Made by a program: the position numbers and the translations under genes. DNA of 61,781 bases, counting the filler, from Sphacelaria rigidula (lineage: Eukaryota): NCBI GenBank assembly GCA_964200075.2. It is 8 parts of 8 records of this genome, joined end to end, with 100 filler letters (N's around TTAATTAATTAA, not from the genome) between each part and the next. Parts side by side here need not be neighbours in the genome. Positions count along the whole stretch, not along the records: positions 46,412 to 54,046 come from CAXNAA020014005.1; positions 54,147 to 61,781 come from CAXNAA020014006.1; 6 more parts are not named here. The stretch is one strand, 5' to 3'. Shown one piece after another: positions 49,701 through 61,781 of the stretch (positions within the stretch are counted from its first letter, which is position 1; every line of letters starts with the position of its first letter). The notes under the pieces were generated by a model. It did not search any database. It was given only the letters and a program-made list of their open reading frames with translations, and was not told the DNA's origin.

Positions 49701-51199
49701 TCCGATCTATACAAAACTGCTCCTCGAGAGGACTGAGCACTGGTCGTTAGGGGGCCAATCCCCTGTCAAGAGGGGATTTTGAAAGAGGAGCGAATCCCCT
49801 TGGATGAGAAGGGCCCCAAGGGCCTATTTCAACGGGACAATGAAAGTGACAACACTGCGTGAGAGGGATTCTGATTCCGATTCCGATTCTGGCGTTTTTC
49901 GTGTTTCTTTTCTTTTTTTTTGGTCCTTCCAATTGATTGCCCATCGACTCTCGACCAATCGGAAGAACAAAAGAAGAAAACGACAAGAAAATTCACAGTC
50001 ACTCCCACTTTCCGGGCGCGTTTTTTTTTTTTGTCCCGTTAAAACGGGCCTCAATGTCCCGGACAGAACAGGCGTTCCTTGACGAGGGAAAGGAAATAAA
50101 CTGGCGAAGTTCCTGTTCCACTCCGCTCCCGTGAGTTCAAATTGGTCGTATTACCAGGTTATGCCGACGGTCCTCCGACGGTTCATGTCCATTAGTGTGA
50201 AGATGCACCGAGTAATCTCGGAACAAAACAGTACGAATGTTTCCTTGGTGGAAAAGAAGATACGAAACCGTTTTTTTTTTCTTCATTTCGCTCCTCTAAT
50301 TTCAAATTGATGCTATTCCCAGGTTATCCCGACCGCCTTCCAGTGCTTCACTTTCAATGGAGTGAAACTGCACCCGATAAGAATAATTTTTGTCTCAAAA
50401 ACGAAGAGTCAATTGCTCCGCATTCATCGTTTGATAGAACATGTAATTTAGGTGGGTCAACACCGATGTTTCTACGATGAGTAGGTCATACGGACTGCAC
50501 CACCTGCGCATGAGTAGCCCTACTCTTTCAGAAATCCATTCGCGGCTTTGTTGAGACTGCGGCCTGTTCCTACAGCTGACCTCGACTTCTTGAAGACAAC
50601 TCTTCAGCATCCGGTAAGCATTACCGACAGGAGTAACGAGCATGTTTCCCACGGGAAAAGAGTCAAGTTAACTGACAGTTTCGGGCTGAATAGAAGGAAT
50701 TGTTAAGGGACGAGAGATTACGGGACTCGTGGCCAATTTGGTGTTTCAACTGGACACAAAAAAGGCTGCCAGAGTAAGCGTTTAACCCTTGGACCGCGAG
50801 GTTAGTCTTGTGTTGAATCGGCATCAATTTCAAGTGAAAAAAATGTGCATGATCCAGAAAGACTAATCGCGATCTAAGGGTAGAAAGAAACCTCTGTTGA
50901 TGGTCGACGTGATATTTCTGACCCCCATTCCACCTCTCCGAATAACAAAACGTCCGGCGATGATTATATGTTGACCGGAGTCCACCGTTCCCTATTTTGC
51001 TAGGAACCAAGCGGGGCTGTAGCGCTGACAGTATTTGCTTGGATGGAAGCAAGAGGTGCACCGGCCAAAAGAAGTCATGTATTTTTGCAGGGTTCTGATT
51101 CAAACTTGAGGCCACAACCGCGCCGGGACTCGTGATCCTTGTCCTGAAATGACGACAGTTAGCTCGAGCCGCGGCTGCTGATCAGCTAAGGGCGATATC
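46747..51199 (-). CDS. Candidate multi-exon gene, tentatively the N-terminal part of a eukaryotic RdRP domain; exons 51119-51199, 50504-50569, 49173-49344, 47504-47524, ~46747-46874
   Basis: Five GT/AG-bounded segments join in compatible phases with no stop: PRLELTVVISG...GLLMRRFERGHAQRSQLMSSYGSSCVLLV...IEMFGQPWHAAFS...TALYYAKVLP...LPDIWANEGFRLSK. This loosely parallels the QDE-1/RDR-gamma N-terminal motifs. No catalytic DxDGD lies in the contig, and some splice sites are weak. Confidence 0.3.
47525..47885 (+). repeat. Dimeric repeat (two ~170-190-bp units); second dimer at ~50075-50380
   Basis: ttccactccgctcccgtgagttcaaattggtc...taccaggttatgccga...tcctcc and its variants occur at ~47565, 47758, 50116 and 50283. 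Confidence 0.75.
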
Positions 51200-54100
51200 C
51201 TTAGTTCGTGTAAAATATGTGTTGAACTCGAATGAGGTATTGTAGTGTTTGCAGGATGAGTGTCAAAAGCACGCAAAAACAGGACGGCTAGCCTACTACA
51301 TCCTGGGTAAACTGTTTCGGCGCGCAACCGTCACATCATTTCTAGTGCATCTTTGAGCCTACCCCACCCGAACTGAGGATCTCGTACCCAGTCGATGAGC
51401 AGGCCACAGCTCACGCTGTTCGTTCTTGTCTTATCATATCCTCGGACAGGAAGGTCCAAAGTTGAAGAGTGGTTCTCAGCTGGGTCTGCGTCATACCGCT
51501 TCATCTATCGTTTGATAGCAGATGTGTGTGGGGGTGGTGGGGGGGTTACTCATGATCATGCGGGGGGGGGGAAGATTTTCTGTGTTTGTCGAGCTGTGTC
51601 TTACCGAGAGCGATTGATCGTATCCCATAATCTTCCCGCAATACACACTCTCGTGCCCAGAACGATCAGTCTGAGTTGTCCCGAAACTTTTTCTGCCAAA
51701 ATTGAAACCCAGATCTACACACGGGTTCAAAATGCAACGTTTCATGCAGTGGGCGTTGGTTCAATCTCTGTACCTGCTCAGATCCGTCGTTATCAACGCT
51801 ATTTTTTCGGAGTCTGTACATTTCTCCGAACATGAACGAAGCGGCTTGATTTCTTCTCCGAAACTTCACTTTTTGGAGAAAGTGCGAGAGATGATATACC
51901 TCCGAAGCTTCATTTTCTGGAGAAGGTCCGGAAAGTTCGGAGATCTCCGACAAACAATGACGAATGTAATGGGCCCTGGAGCAACACGGCACGATGAGAC
52001 AACATGTAGGCACTGGGCCCACAGATACGGGCAAAAAATATGAGTGAAAATGTTTCTCGACCAATCAGAGTCTTGAAATACATCAAAATGCGGCAACCTT
52101 TCTTCAATCAGATGAGATGAACAAGTGGAAGATAAGTCGAACAGCAGCTTTGCTTGGTCCACAAATTGCGCCGCTGCGACACAGACAGCTGCTACCGGCA
52201 ATAAACGAGGATACAGCAGATCCGTGCTGGCTCAGTTTGTTTCAAGGGTAGGTCGAGTAGAGTATACCCAATTGCGGGGTATTTTGAAATCCGTACTTGG
52301 AGTACACAAATTGGATGTAGGGTTTCAGGAATCGCCCCTCAGCTATTTTTTGAGTACGACTTCCAACACTCTACCCTAACTTGAGTACCCCAAGTACGTC
52401 TTTCAAAGAAACAATTTTGATAGGTGAAAGCGATCGATTGTTGTCGAGAAAATGAGGCCGCCTTATCCCCTTCATCCGCGTAATAAAGACCTGCAGGCAT
52501 ATGTAGACAAGCAAGAGCCTCCGAGTAATCGGTACACGAACCCGTTCGCGGGGCAAGAGCTGGGGGAGGTTTCCTCCTCGGCTGAAGGAGAAAAAAACAA
52601 CAAGAGGTCCTAGCCTGTCCCAGATAATTGTTTCACCGGTGGCATAAGCGAGAGTTTTCCACACCTCGGACAACACATGGTCAATAGATGCAATAGACGA
52701 AAAGTGTACTGCATGAAATATAGGACTATTGCAACTATTGCCGGCCGACAATGGTCGCAATAAGTCTATACTTCATGCAGTACTTTTCTTGCCTATTGCA
52801 ACTATTGACCATACATTGTCCAAGGTGTGGAGTTCTCTCGCACGGCGCGATGCCTGTTGCAGAGGAATATGTGTTGTACCCTTCTTTTTTTGTTTGTCGC
52901 AATTTGAACCCCTCCCCTTCCTCTGGCTGAGTCCGTGGTCTCAAGGGATCAACCCATCTTTACCGCGATACACGTCTGGCATTTTGGTCTCGCGGATTGG
53001 ATCATGACCAACAACACTCCTGCACCGCGTCAACTCACGTGAAACAAGCTCAGCCGACTACTTTGCTTTCTCACGTCCTTATGATTTCCACGGTGGAAAC
53101 CAGATATTACGGGAACAAAGAAAATAAACGCAACGGGGATCGAACCGTCGTTCTCTCCACCATAATGGCGACAGTCGGACCATTACACCACCGGGGCGCG
53201 GCGGTAAATCCGATGTAACTGGTGAAATATTGCACACCATGGTCATTATATGGCGAATAGATTCAATATACCAAAAATGTACCGGATTAAGTATAGGTTT
53301 ATCGCAAGTACTGTCGATCGACGATACTGTAGTTGAAATAGGCCTATACTACACTCAGCACAGTTTTGGTCTAATGCATCTATTGACTGCACCCTGTTTG
53401 TGCTGCACCGGGCTTGCAGTCAATTACCAAGCGCCAAGCGCCGTGATGTGTTCAGTGAGTCACGTAAAGGTTGAAGTGCATCCCGCAAAGATTGTTCGGC
53501 CCGAAGCACACTGATAGCCTTGCATTTGGATGGTAGCCTACAGTGAGCTCCTTCATTTTGTGCCATCGCCACTTTCAGAGACAAGCCACGGGTTCCACAC
53601 TGCCTCGTGAGTGTTTCATAGATTTGAACACCACCTACTATGATCTTCCACTTGCGCGGACTCCGGGTTTTCCATCCGCACAATATGCTCTTGCTCGGCC
53701 ACCATCATGGTTACGGCACAGTGACGCGAGCAAAGAACCCGGTCACCTGGTTGTCTAGCTCTACGCAGTGAGTGGCGTGTTTTTACAATGCCGTCGCCAA
53801 GCGACACTAACCCTCAAGCGGAGGGAGGGGGGGCGTACTGACTTGTTGCTTGTCTTGGTCGCCTGACCATTGACCACGAATCCCTTTCGAGACGGAGCAC
53901 TCGAAGGGGGAGGGGGGGAGGGGGAATGATACCGCGGCGATCGATCGCAGGGTTGAAGTTGGAATATACTACGAGCTGGGCCAGCCCGGAAATGGATTTA
54001 ACCTGGCAGAGCAATATCTCATCACCGGAAACGAGTTGGCCCCGTGNNNNNNNNNNNNNNNNNNNNNNNNNNNNNNNNNNNNNNNNNNNNTTAATTAATT

Positions 54101-56201
54101 AANNNNNNNNNNNNNNNNNNNNNNNNNNNNNNNNNNNNNNNNNNNNACCGCGCAGATATCGGAACGGCTTTTAATGTGAAGACAACAACAACAACTGTCG
54201 GCACTGTCAGCACCAGCGACGGTAGGGTTTTTGTGGTTAATTGACTTGGGTCTTGTACCACTCACACAGAGTTGCCAGATGAGCAGTTCGTACTATTAGG
54301 GGGTGGTCGTTGACTTGTGGTTGTATGATACAACCTCTCGCATGTACCGATCAAAATCAAGTCGGCGCCATTTGCCGAGCCCTTCGGAAATAATAACTGG
54401 ATATTTTTCACAAAGTTCAAGCCTTCTCTTCCCTGATTTTTTCGGCTGCTCCTAACCTCTGCCGCATGTGCACACGTACGAAGAACCCCCGAACACTCAA
54501 TTCTGGCTAAGTTCTTGTGCGTAAAGAGGTTTGCACGAGGGCCTCGAAGTCAACAAGAAAACAAATTCATGGTGCGTACGGTGTACTTCGTACATCCGTT
54601 TACTGCGATATGCGGTAGGTGGATCTAAGGTATTGTTTACCTGTACAAGGTACACGACCTGTACGGGGTACATTTCCTCGGTGAACCAGGTTCTCACAAC
54701 CATGAGATCCCTCCGTGGGTGACTGTACCTGATTGAGGTATCAGGCGCATCCACCCATGTTGTCTGCCCCTTGCCCAAAAACAAAAAACAAACAACCAAC
54801 CCCACATACCAGATGAATCACAACTTTTTTTTATCGAAAAAAAGGTATACCTATAAAGGAAGCAATAGTTGTGATAATGTTGACCAAGGGCATGCCAGCA
54901 TGTTTTTGGTTTGTGGGCTGGTCGAAGGAGGCGAAGCGGTCCACCGCAACGGGAAGACTCTTGCTTGTAACGTTATCGACAAGGCAACGTGGTAGGCATC
55001 AACATCCAGAGCCCAGGATGACGCTGTTTCAGTCGTTTCTGATCCACGGCGCCGATAGACTCAACCAGTTGGGCTTGAGGCCACCCTTGGGAACAACGTT
55101 GCCGACTATTCCTTAACGTCGGAACCGGCGACGCTGTGGCCGGGTAGATGCCCTTTTATTTCGGGAGCATCTCCTGGCATTGCACCATATCACCCGTTTT
55201 TTTTGTATTTTTTCTTTCCTCTGTATTTTCCTCTTCTTCGTCTTTCTTCTTTTAGGTCGGCCATTTTGTTTTGTGCTTTGCTTGTGTTGACTTTTTAATT
55301 GCCTTTCTTTTTGTTACGACTTCATCTGCTATGTCGTTCTGTTCGACTCCCCCCCCCTTTTTTTTTCTTCTTGTTCCTTCTTTTTCTCAGAGCGTGTTTC
55401 AGTTTTGTTTTTTTTGGGGACGTCTATCACGAGACCACGGCTGGACCCCTTGAGGATCAGTTGAAGTGCGACAATCAATCAAATCCGTGGACGCTCAATG
55501 CCCAACTTGCGTCACTGGAGTTGTGACGGATGGCTCAAAGCAGTTGATTGATTGATTGATTGTCGCACTTTTACTGACCCCCCAGGGATCCAGCTGTGGT
55601 CTCATGATAGACGTACCGAAGAAAAACGAAAATGAAACACGCTCTGAGAAAAAAATGAAGAAACAGAAAAAAAAAAAGAAAGAGGGGTCAAACAGAACGA
55701 CATAGCAGCCTAAGTCGTGACAAGAAAAAAGCAATAAAAAAGTCAACATAAGCGAAGCACAGAAAGAAATGGCCGACCTGAAACAAGAAAAAAGGAAAGG
55801 AAAAGGAAAGTACAAAGCAAATGAAATAAAATACAATGAAACGATGGGAAAAAAAGTTGCTCTTCGCATATCTCCTGTGATGGAGAGCTGCGGTCGATCT
55901 ATGACGTCTTGCGCTCAAAAGCTTGAAAGTACACTTGTGTGTCTGCACACCGACCTCACCCATATCTCACGTCCGCCCGTATCTTGTGACAACGACTGTG
56001 GCGGGTCGGTCAATGTTGATCGGTTCCATTTGCTCCATAAATGCTCGACGTACGTTGATTAATGTGCGACAATCAATTGAGCATGCGAGTGAGCTTCTGA
56101 TTGCGTCACGTTGCTCTCCACTATCCATTGTTTCTTGTCTTACTGCTGGATATGTTGTCACTGCTATCACTACGTTCGTGTCTGCTGTACCCGTGTGGCA
56201 G

Positions 56202-56354
56202 CTGTCGGCGAAGGTGACGAAGGTAGAGATCGTGGGAGGAGATGCGCACGTGATCTGTGTCAGCAACAAGATCAAGCACATTTTCGACTTCAACGTCAAA
56301 CTCAATTTTTCCCTCGAAATCGACGAGTCTATGGGCCTGCCGTCTCAGTCAGAG
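56202..56354 (+). CDS. Internal exon of an Aha1 N-terminal (activator of Hsp90 ATPase) domain protein
   Basis: gtggcag|CTG...GAG|gtacgt is 153 nt, phase 0-0. LSAKVTKVEIVGGDAHVICVSNKIKHIFDFNVKLNFSLEID matches the Aha1_N pattern V..V.GDA.V....K...IFD....L.F. Confidence 0.75.
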
Positions 56355-56459
56355 GTACGTGTATGGATCCGCCGCTTGAAGTAATGTTTCGATTGTGATA
56401 TGCGTGTCGCACGTACGCGGTGACATGAAATCAGCCCTACAATTGTCCTCGTGGAAATA

Positions 56460-58130
56460 GAGTCATGTCACTGTTTCAGAAAAAATGGCGAGGACTCTCA
56501 TCTCCTGTAAGAAATAGCAGGGACGGTATTTGGAAGACGAGCCCACGTCTGTGATCCCGGGTTCGAGAGATTGGACTAACGTGCGGAAATAATTATGATG
56601 ATGATAAACTGCGGAAACTGTTTTGTGCGTGCTTCGCTCTGTCATTGCGCACGAAACGCGCCAGTTTGCTTCAGAGATGACCCCGTGCTTCGCGCTTCGT
56701 ACCCCCCTCCAGGCATGATACTTTGCGCACCAAGAGCGCCGATTGACTTTGTCGCAACACGCCTTTGATGTTGACCCTGTGAACACCTTGTGATGACGGG
56801 AATGTCGCGTCAACAGGTTGCGCCGCCATCGCTGAAGACGTACAAGGGCACGCTAGAGTTTCCTGATATGACCAACGGTGACGTGGACAACGGCCGGTTC
56901 GATTCGGAGGTGAGGAGTGCATTTCTCGCTTGAGCCCCATCAGCGACTCCAGTGCCCTGCTGAAACTGCGCAGTCACTCTCGTTGTGCACGTCTTTTGTT
57001 AGCATATGTGGCTTTGCCTACGCGCCTGTGCCTCCCGGGTTGGAGCCATGAGATTGATGTTTCGATAGTGTTTACAGGTGAAACTAGTAGTAATCGTTCC
57101 AGCGGAATGTCTGTGTTGACCATTTGGGTGCTTCAGTGGTGGCCTGACCACGGAGGATTTTTCGTACGCCGTTGCCTCGAAGTAACGTACAGTATCGCTA
57201 TCCTAGCGCGCCCATCCGCTGGGATGAAAATTACTAGGTGCATGAACTTTTGTGGATGATCTTTTTGGGGCATCCCGGCTTTGTTGTACAGTTCCTGGTG
57301 TGTTCGAGCAGGACGGGCAGGATTTTGTATCTCGCCTCCTGGGATGCCGGGGTTCACCTCGGGTAGCTCCTGAGAGTGCGTAGTTCATCTTGTCTTGGGT
57401 GACTTGCATGCGCGGGGAAAGACTACCCCCCCAACCCCATCCGTCATTCTTGCCATTTGTGGCGTCAAATCTCAAGCATGACCAAACACCGTACAAAAGT
57501 CGTAGTTGGCCCAAACAAAGCGGCACGTGAAGTAGGCCTTCGCGGGCAGCGCTGTTTCTCCCGAGTCGGAACTCTGCACAAGCCACGTGAAGTAGGGATG
57601 GTGCTGTTTTTTAGTTGCAAATACGAGCCTGACTTGCTCCGTTTGAAAAGGCGCAAAATGTCATGTGAGTCGAGAGATTTTGTTGAATCAGCCATCACCT
57701 GCCGCGACGTGACCAACTTGCGCTACTTGTCGCCGCACTTTCTGATGTACAACAGCCGGAGTTGAAGTGGGACAAAGGAGCGCGTTGGGAACCGAGCTAT
57801 ACCGACCGAGTACACACCTGCGTCGCCGATCTCAAGGCTGGCATTTTGACTGCCCTTGGCGCCTTCTTCGCTGAGTACAAGAGCTCATGATATTGCAACC
57901 CGAGCTAGCAACGGACGCCAGTATGCTCGTGGCAGCAGAAGAGGTCGGAGGTCGTACCAAGCGAGAAGGGCGAGAGGGAGGGAGAGATGGACATCTGGAG
58001 CGTGGGAGTTCGTAATTGGTGCGGAGTAGGTTGGTTGTATGGCGCCAATCTCTTGGTCAAGCCCAGCTGTTGCTGCTTCCGCTGGTGGAGCTCTGGCTTG
58101 TCAGCATACACTGCCTATCCGGAGCCGGTA
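56460..58130 (-). pseudogene. Possible Mutator-like (MULE) transposase remnant
   Basis: Fragments occur in the expected order: HEHTG (~57920), LRFDATNGKNDGWGW (~57430-57478; first D), VIFIPADG (second D) and a degenerate xFHL motif (~57075). Many stops are present. Confidence 0.33.
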
Positions 58131-61100
58131 GCATGTATCACATAGTGGCAGGGCGTTGACGATCCTGGGAGTTTGTGCGGTGCCGCTGGCTTTGTTTTGA
58201 CGTGAAGGCTGTAGCTTTCTTGTGATTTAGATGAGTCTACGAATTATGGACAAGTACGGCTGCAGCGCGTTCTTACACGTTAGCGCTCACTGTGGCTGCC
58301 ACCGTTGATAGCGTTTACTCGCGCTCCACGATAGCGAGTGACAGCCGATGTCAGTTTTAGGCTCTAACTGAGGAGCTAACGGTTTTGATATTGGCTACGA
58401 TCGAGCGCGATCAGCGAGATTTCTCCGGTGTTTCGATGTACACCCGTGCCGTCGTCTTGGCGTGGACCTTTGTACATACAGTACATGGATGCAAGAGCTT
58501 AAACTGAATGATGCAAAGTATTGACGGTACAAATGACCTTGATGTCACTGACATGCGCGTGGAGAACGGGACTCTCTCGTCGTAACGCGATGTCAGGTGG
58601 AAGGCAACGTGTCACGCGCAGCCTTGTCGCCGGCATGAGGGGAATGATCACCATATTTTGTCGTTTAGGAAGATTTCCTCGTTTCTTTTGACCATACAAC
58701 GATACTTCTTCGCGGTTCACTCCGAGACACCTATTCTTCAACACACATGCATGCATATCCTAGTCGAAAGCTCAAGCTTCATGGCAACGTATACCCTCAA
58801 ACACCATAACATGTGGAACCAGCAAGGGTCCCAGCAGGAAGAGGGCATACAATCCTCCGTTTTTCACATCATGCACGCGTACATACACTCGCTGATGTAC
58901 AAACGAAGAGAATGATCACATCACACATGCATGTAAAGTTCAACAAAATAAATCCGACACAGGGACACACACTCCTTTGCTCTTCACGGGTCCACGCATG
59001 GACACACAGCAGCACTGGTGAATCATACCATGGCGACCTACCCTCGAACACCATATATATGAAGAAGTCTCATGCACCTTGTAACATTCATCTAGTTTTC
59101 ACAGGCCAACTCTCCCGAATCTCAACATTCTACCCTCTCTCTTGAGTCTGGGAAATACTGTCGGGCAAGTCGTACCGTAGAAAGTGTTTCGGAAAACCAA
59201 AGTGCATTACAATTGTTTAGCCCTGGGGTGTCGGGGTCCGCTCAGCGCTTGCCGGCTTTTCGGCGAACCCATCGGCGTTTGTTCTCGCGGGCGTGCCGGA
59301 TACCCAGGTTGGCTATCGCCTCGATTGTGGTATTGGACGCGGTGAGGTCTTCGTCAGACGTTCGCCGTATCCCGTTTCTCCTCTCCCGTCGTCCACACTC
59401 ACGCGGTGGCATGAATTGGCGCTGCTCATCCCTAATGGCCCGCAGCCTCAAATATATTCTTGCGCTTCGGAGCCCCTCGGTACGGTAGTCCGTGAACCCG
59501 CCGTCGTCGAGGTCCGTGAACCAGGCGTGCGTCGCCTCGGTATATGCCTAGTCGAGGTGATCATGGGAATGGCGGGCAAGGGGATTTAGAATGAAACACC
59601 CGCGCCATGCAGGGTCATTGCTAACGTAACGGATTTGTGTACTGCATCAAGTGCCCCGTCCATACGTCGCACGTTCGGTTGCCCTGCGTGTGCGATTTGA
59701 CGGTTGTTCTTCTGCCTGCCTACCTTATCCCCCCCATCCCCACCATTTGCCACCCCTTCTCTTACTTCAATCAACCATTGTTGCGGGCAAAAACACAAAC
59801 GGTCAACCCCGGCGGCATTTTCTTCCCAACCCATGATCGTTCTTGCTTTTTAGTTGTATCTATTTTTCTCGTGGGCAATTAATCGCAGATGTTTCGTCAC
59901 GGCCGCTGTGGTGCCAAATACGAGGCGAAAATGGACAGGAGTGCACACAACGCCCCCCCAAAACATATTGTACGAGGAGAAGTGAGCCCCACTGATTGCA
60001 GCAGCTACATCTGCTACTATGTGGAGTATATATCGGCAGTCGAGTGCTCACCTGGGCAGGGGGGCAGGTACGCCGGCATGGAGAGGTCGGGATCGAGCTC
60101 CTCCTTTCCCTCTTGGGAGACCCTCTTCTCCGTTTCCTCCCCCGTTCAGATACCACGGAGGATAGTTCGCCGACCATGATTACCAGGGATAGTCGCACCA
60201 TGCCGGCGCTGTCCTCCACGGTCGTGACGCGAAGAACGCCGGAGCTGTTTGCCGCTGCGACGGCATCCGCGGCCGATGATGGCAAGTGCAGTTCCCGATA
60301 AAGGGGGAATGACGGTGGATCCGCCGCGCACAGCAGCAAGAGCTGGGGCGGACCATCAACGATGCTGGGCGGCACAACTTGCTGCCTTGTGGCGACGGAT
60401 GTCGCGGAAGCAGGGCTGCAGTTGACGTTGGAGCGGGGAAGTGAGGGTGGCGGGGGTTGGGGGGGGGTAAGATATGTCGTTGACAACGGGAGGGCCATCC
60501 TCTCGTTCCTAGTTTTCTAGATAACTTTCACCGTAGCATCAAACTGCGTTCAAATTTGTTCAACGACAGGAGGGTGCTGCTGAAGCTTGTCTTGGCACAA
60601 GGAAGAATTAAAGAGAAATGAAAATAAAGAATACACACAGTATACTGTGATCGACGACTGCCGTGAATCATAACTAAAGTGCTGTCGATCTTTCGAGCCC
60701 TACTAAGGAAGATCCCAATGCCTGCTGTCTCAAATCGAAAAGCTGAATCCATGTTCCGAAGAAAGAAGATGAACAGGGGCCAAAGACGAGCAGAAGAAAA
60801 GAAGAGGACCGGCAGGTGTAACAGTTCACGTCAGAAGGGTTTGAGATGTAAACGTGTGCCCATCATGACGGGGCATGAAGCGTTAGATGCAGAAGGTATT
60901 CGCAGTGCTTCTGTGCCGCCATTGGTTACGTCTTCTTGCAGGTACTTTTCCAAAGCATACAATCTTGCCTCCTCATGACATCAAACCTTGACGAGTGAGA
61001 CTTGTGTGCTTGTGTGTGTATGCGTATGTTCTCATTCCGTATACTCTGCACCCCAGCAGTCTACATCTTTCGATATGTGTGTGTGGGCGTATCAGCCAGC

Positions 61101-61781
61101 TAGGGTCCACACAGGAGGAAGGCCGACACAGACAGGTACTTTTTTCTTCTCCAGTTTACTTAGCACCCCACCTTTTTCTGCGATGATTTTTCTTGCTCGT
61201 TTCGCGAGGAGGTTTCGGCTGTCCCTTTCTTCCCCCGCTCACTGTGAAGTCGAATGCTTGTGTACCCACGACAAAGTCACTCTCACATCATGTTCAAACA
61301 ATATCATTTTTGGTTCAAAATATTCATCTCGATAAGACAAGGCGTTACCTTCGCCCCGCTTTCTCTGCTGCTGTAAAATTTTATCCGACAGGCCCTTCGA
61401 TCTAGCAGTCACGGAAATGACTGCATCAAAAAGACGAAAGACAATCCAAGCGATCACCTCAAGGGGGCGGCGACGTGGTGAGTGAGGATGAGATGGAAGC
61501 GAGGAACATGTCAACTTGTTTCGGACGAAAACTACACTACTAATCTTCATGCGTAGCCGCTCCCAAAACCAAGGAGTCCGGAGCTAGAGTTATAGCGAAT
61601 CGGCGAAGTGGTTTTTGAATCTGTGGGCAGATAGAATATATCAAAACTCTAAGGCTTTCAAAGACGTTGCTAGATTCGTGTTGTCATCGTGACCACCTCT
61701 GAGCAGCCGGGAGGACGCGTGGTTAAGGAAGGAAAGGTGGCAATGATCCCGTTTGCCTGCCGTACTGCCGACCGCGTCGCG

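Noticed and set aside
7637..54146. Regularly spaced identical TTAATTAATTAA motif as a biological periodic repeat
   Set aside because: It is always flanked by exactly 44 Ns on each side, so it is an assembly linker.
59213..60500. GC-rich overlapping ORFs (up to 212 aa)
   Set aside because: I recognised no motifs or consistent splice structure. It is probably decayed TE sequence and is left uncalled.

Overview
Eukaryotic, repeat-rich DNA, most likely from a brown alga (Phaeophyceae). That assignment is inferred from the short exons in long TE-filled introns, the DIRS/copia/RTE content and the (CAA)n/(CAAT)n-tailed retroposons. The window is not one locus. It is eight contigs of 7,636/7,635 bp joined by identical 100-bp N44-TTAATTAATTAA-N44 spacers, so nothing can be linked across a spacer. 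Well-supported host-gene pieces are the 2.5-kb terminal exon of a PCBP/Nova-like triple-KH protein (18849-21359, -), two phase-compatible xanthine dehydrogenase exons around a 6.26-kb intron (30229-30312 and 23869-23968, -), and one Aha1-N-like exon (56202-56354, +). Weaker candidates are a spliced RdRP-like gene (46747-51199, -), a spliced BED-finger gene (13567-14772, +) and a mitochondrial-presequence-like exon (42890-43066, +). The rest is decayed mobile DNA: a DIRS/Ngaro element, a Ty1/copia with its 3' LTR, CRE-like and RTE-like non-LTR remnants, a tRNA-derived SINE, hAT-type MITEs with 8-bp TSDs, foldback elements and microsatellites. I found no convincing new multi-gene system. The most unusual items are the loop-inflated KH protein and the putative divergent RdRP.
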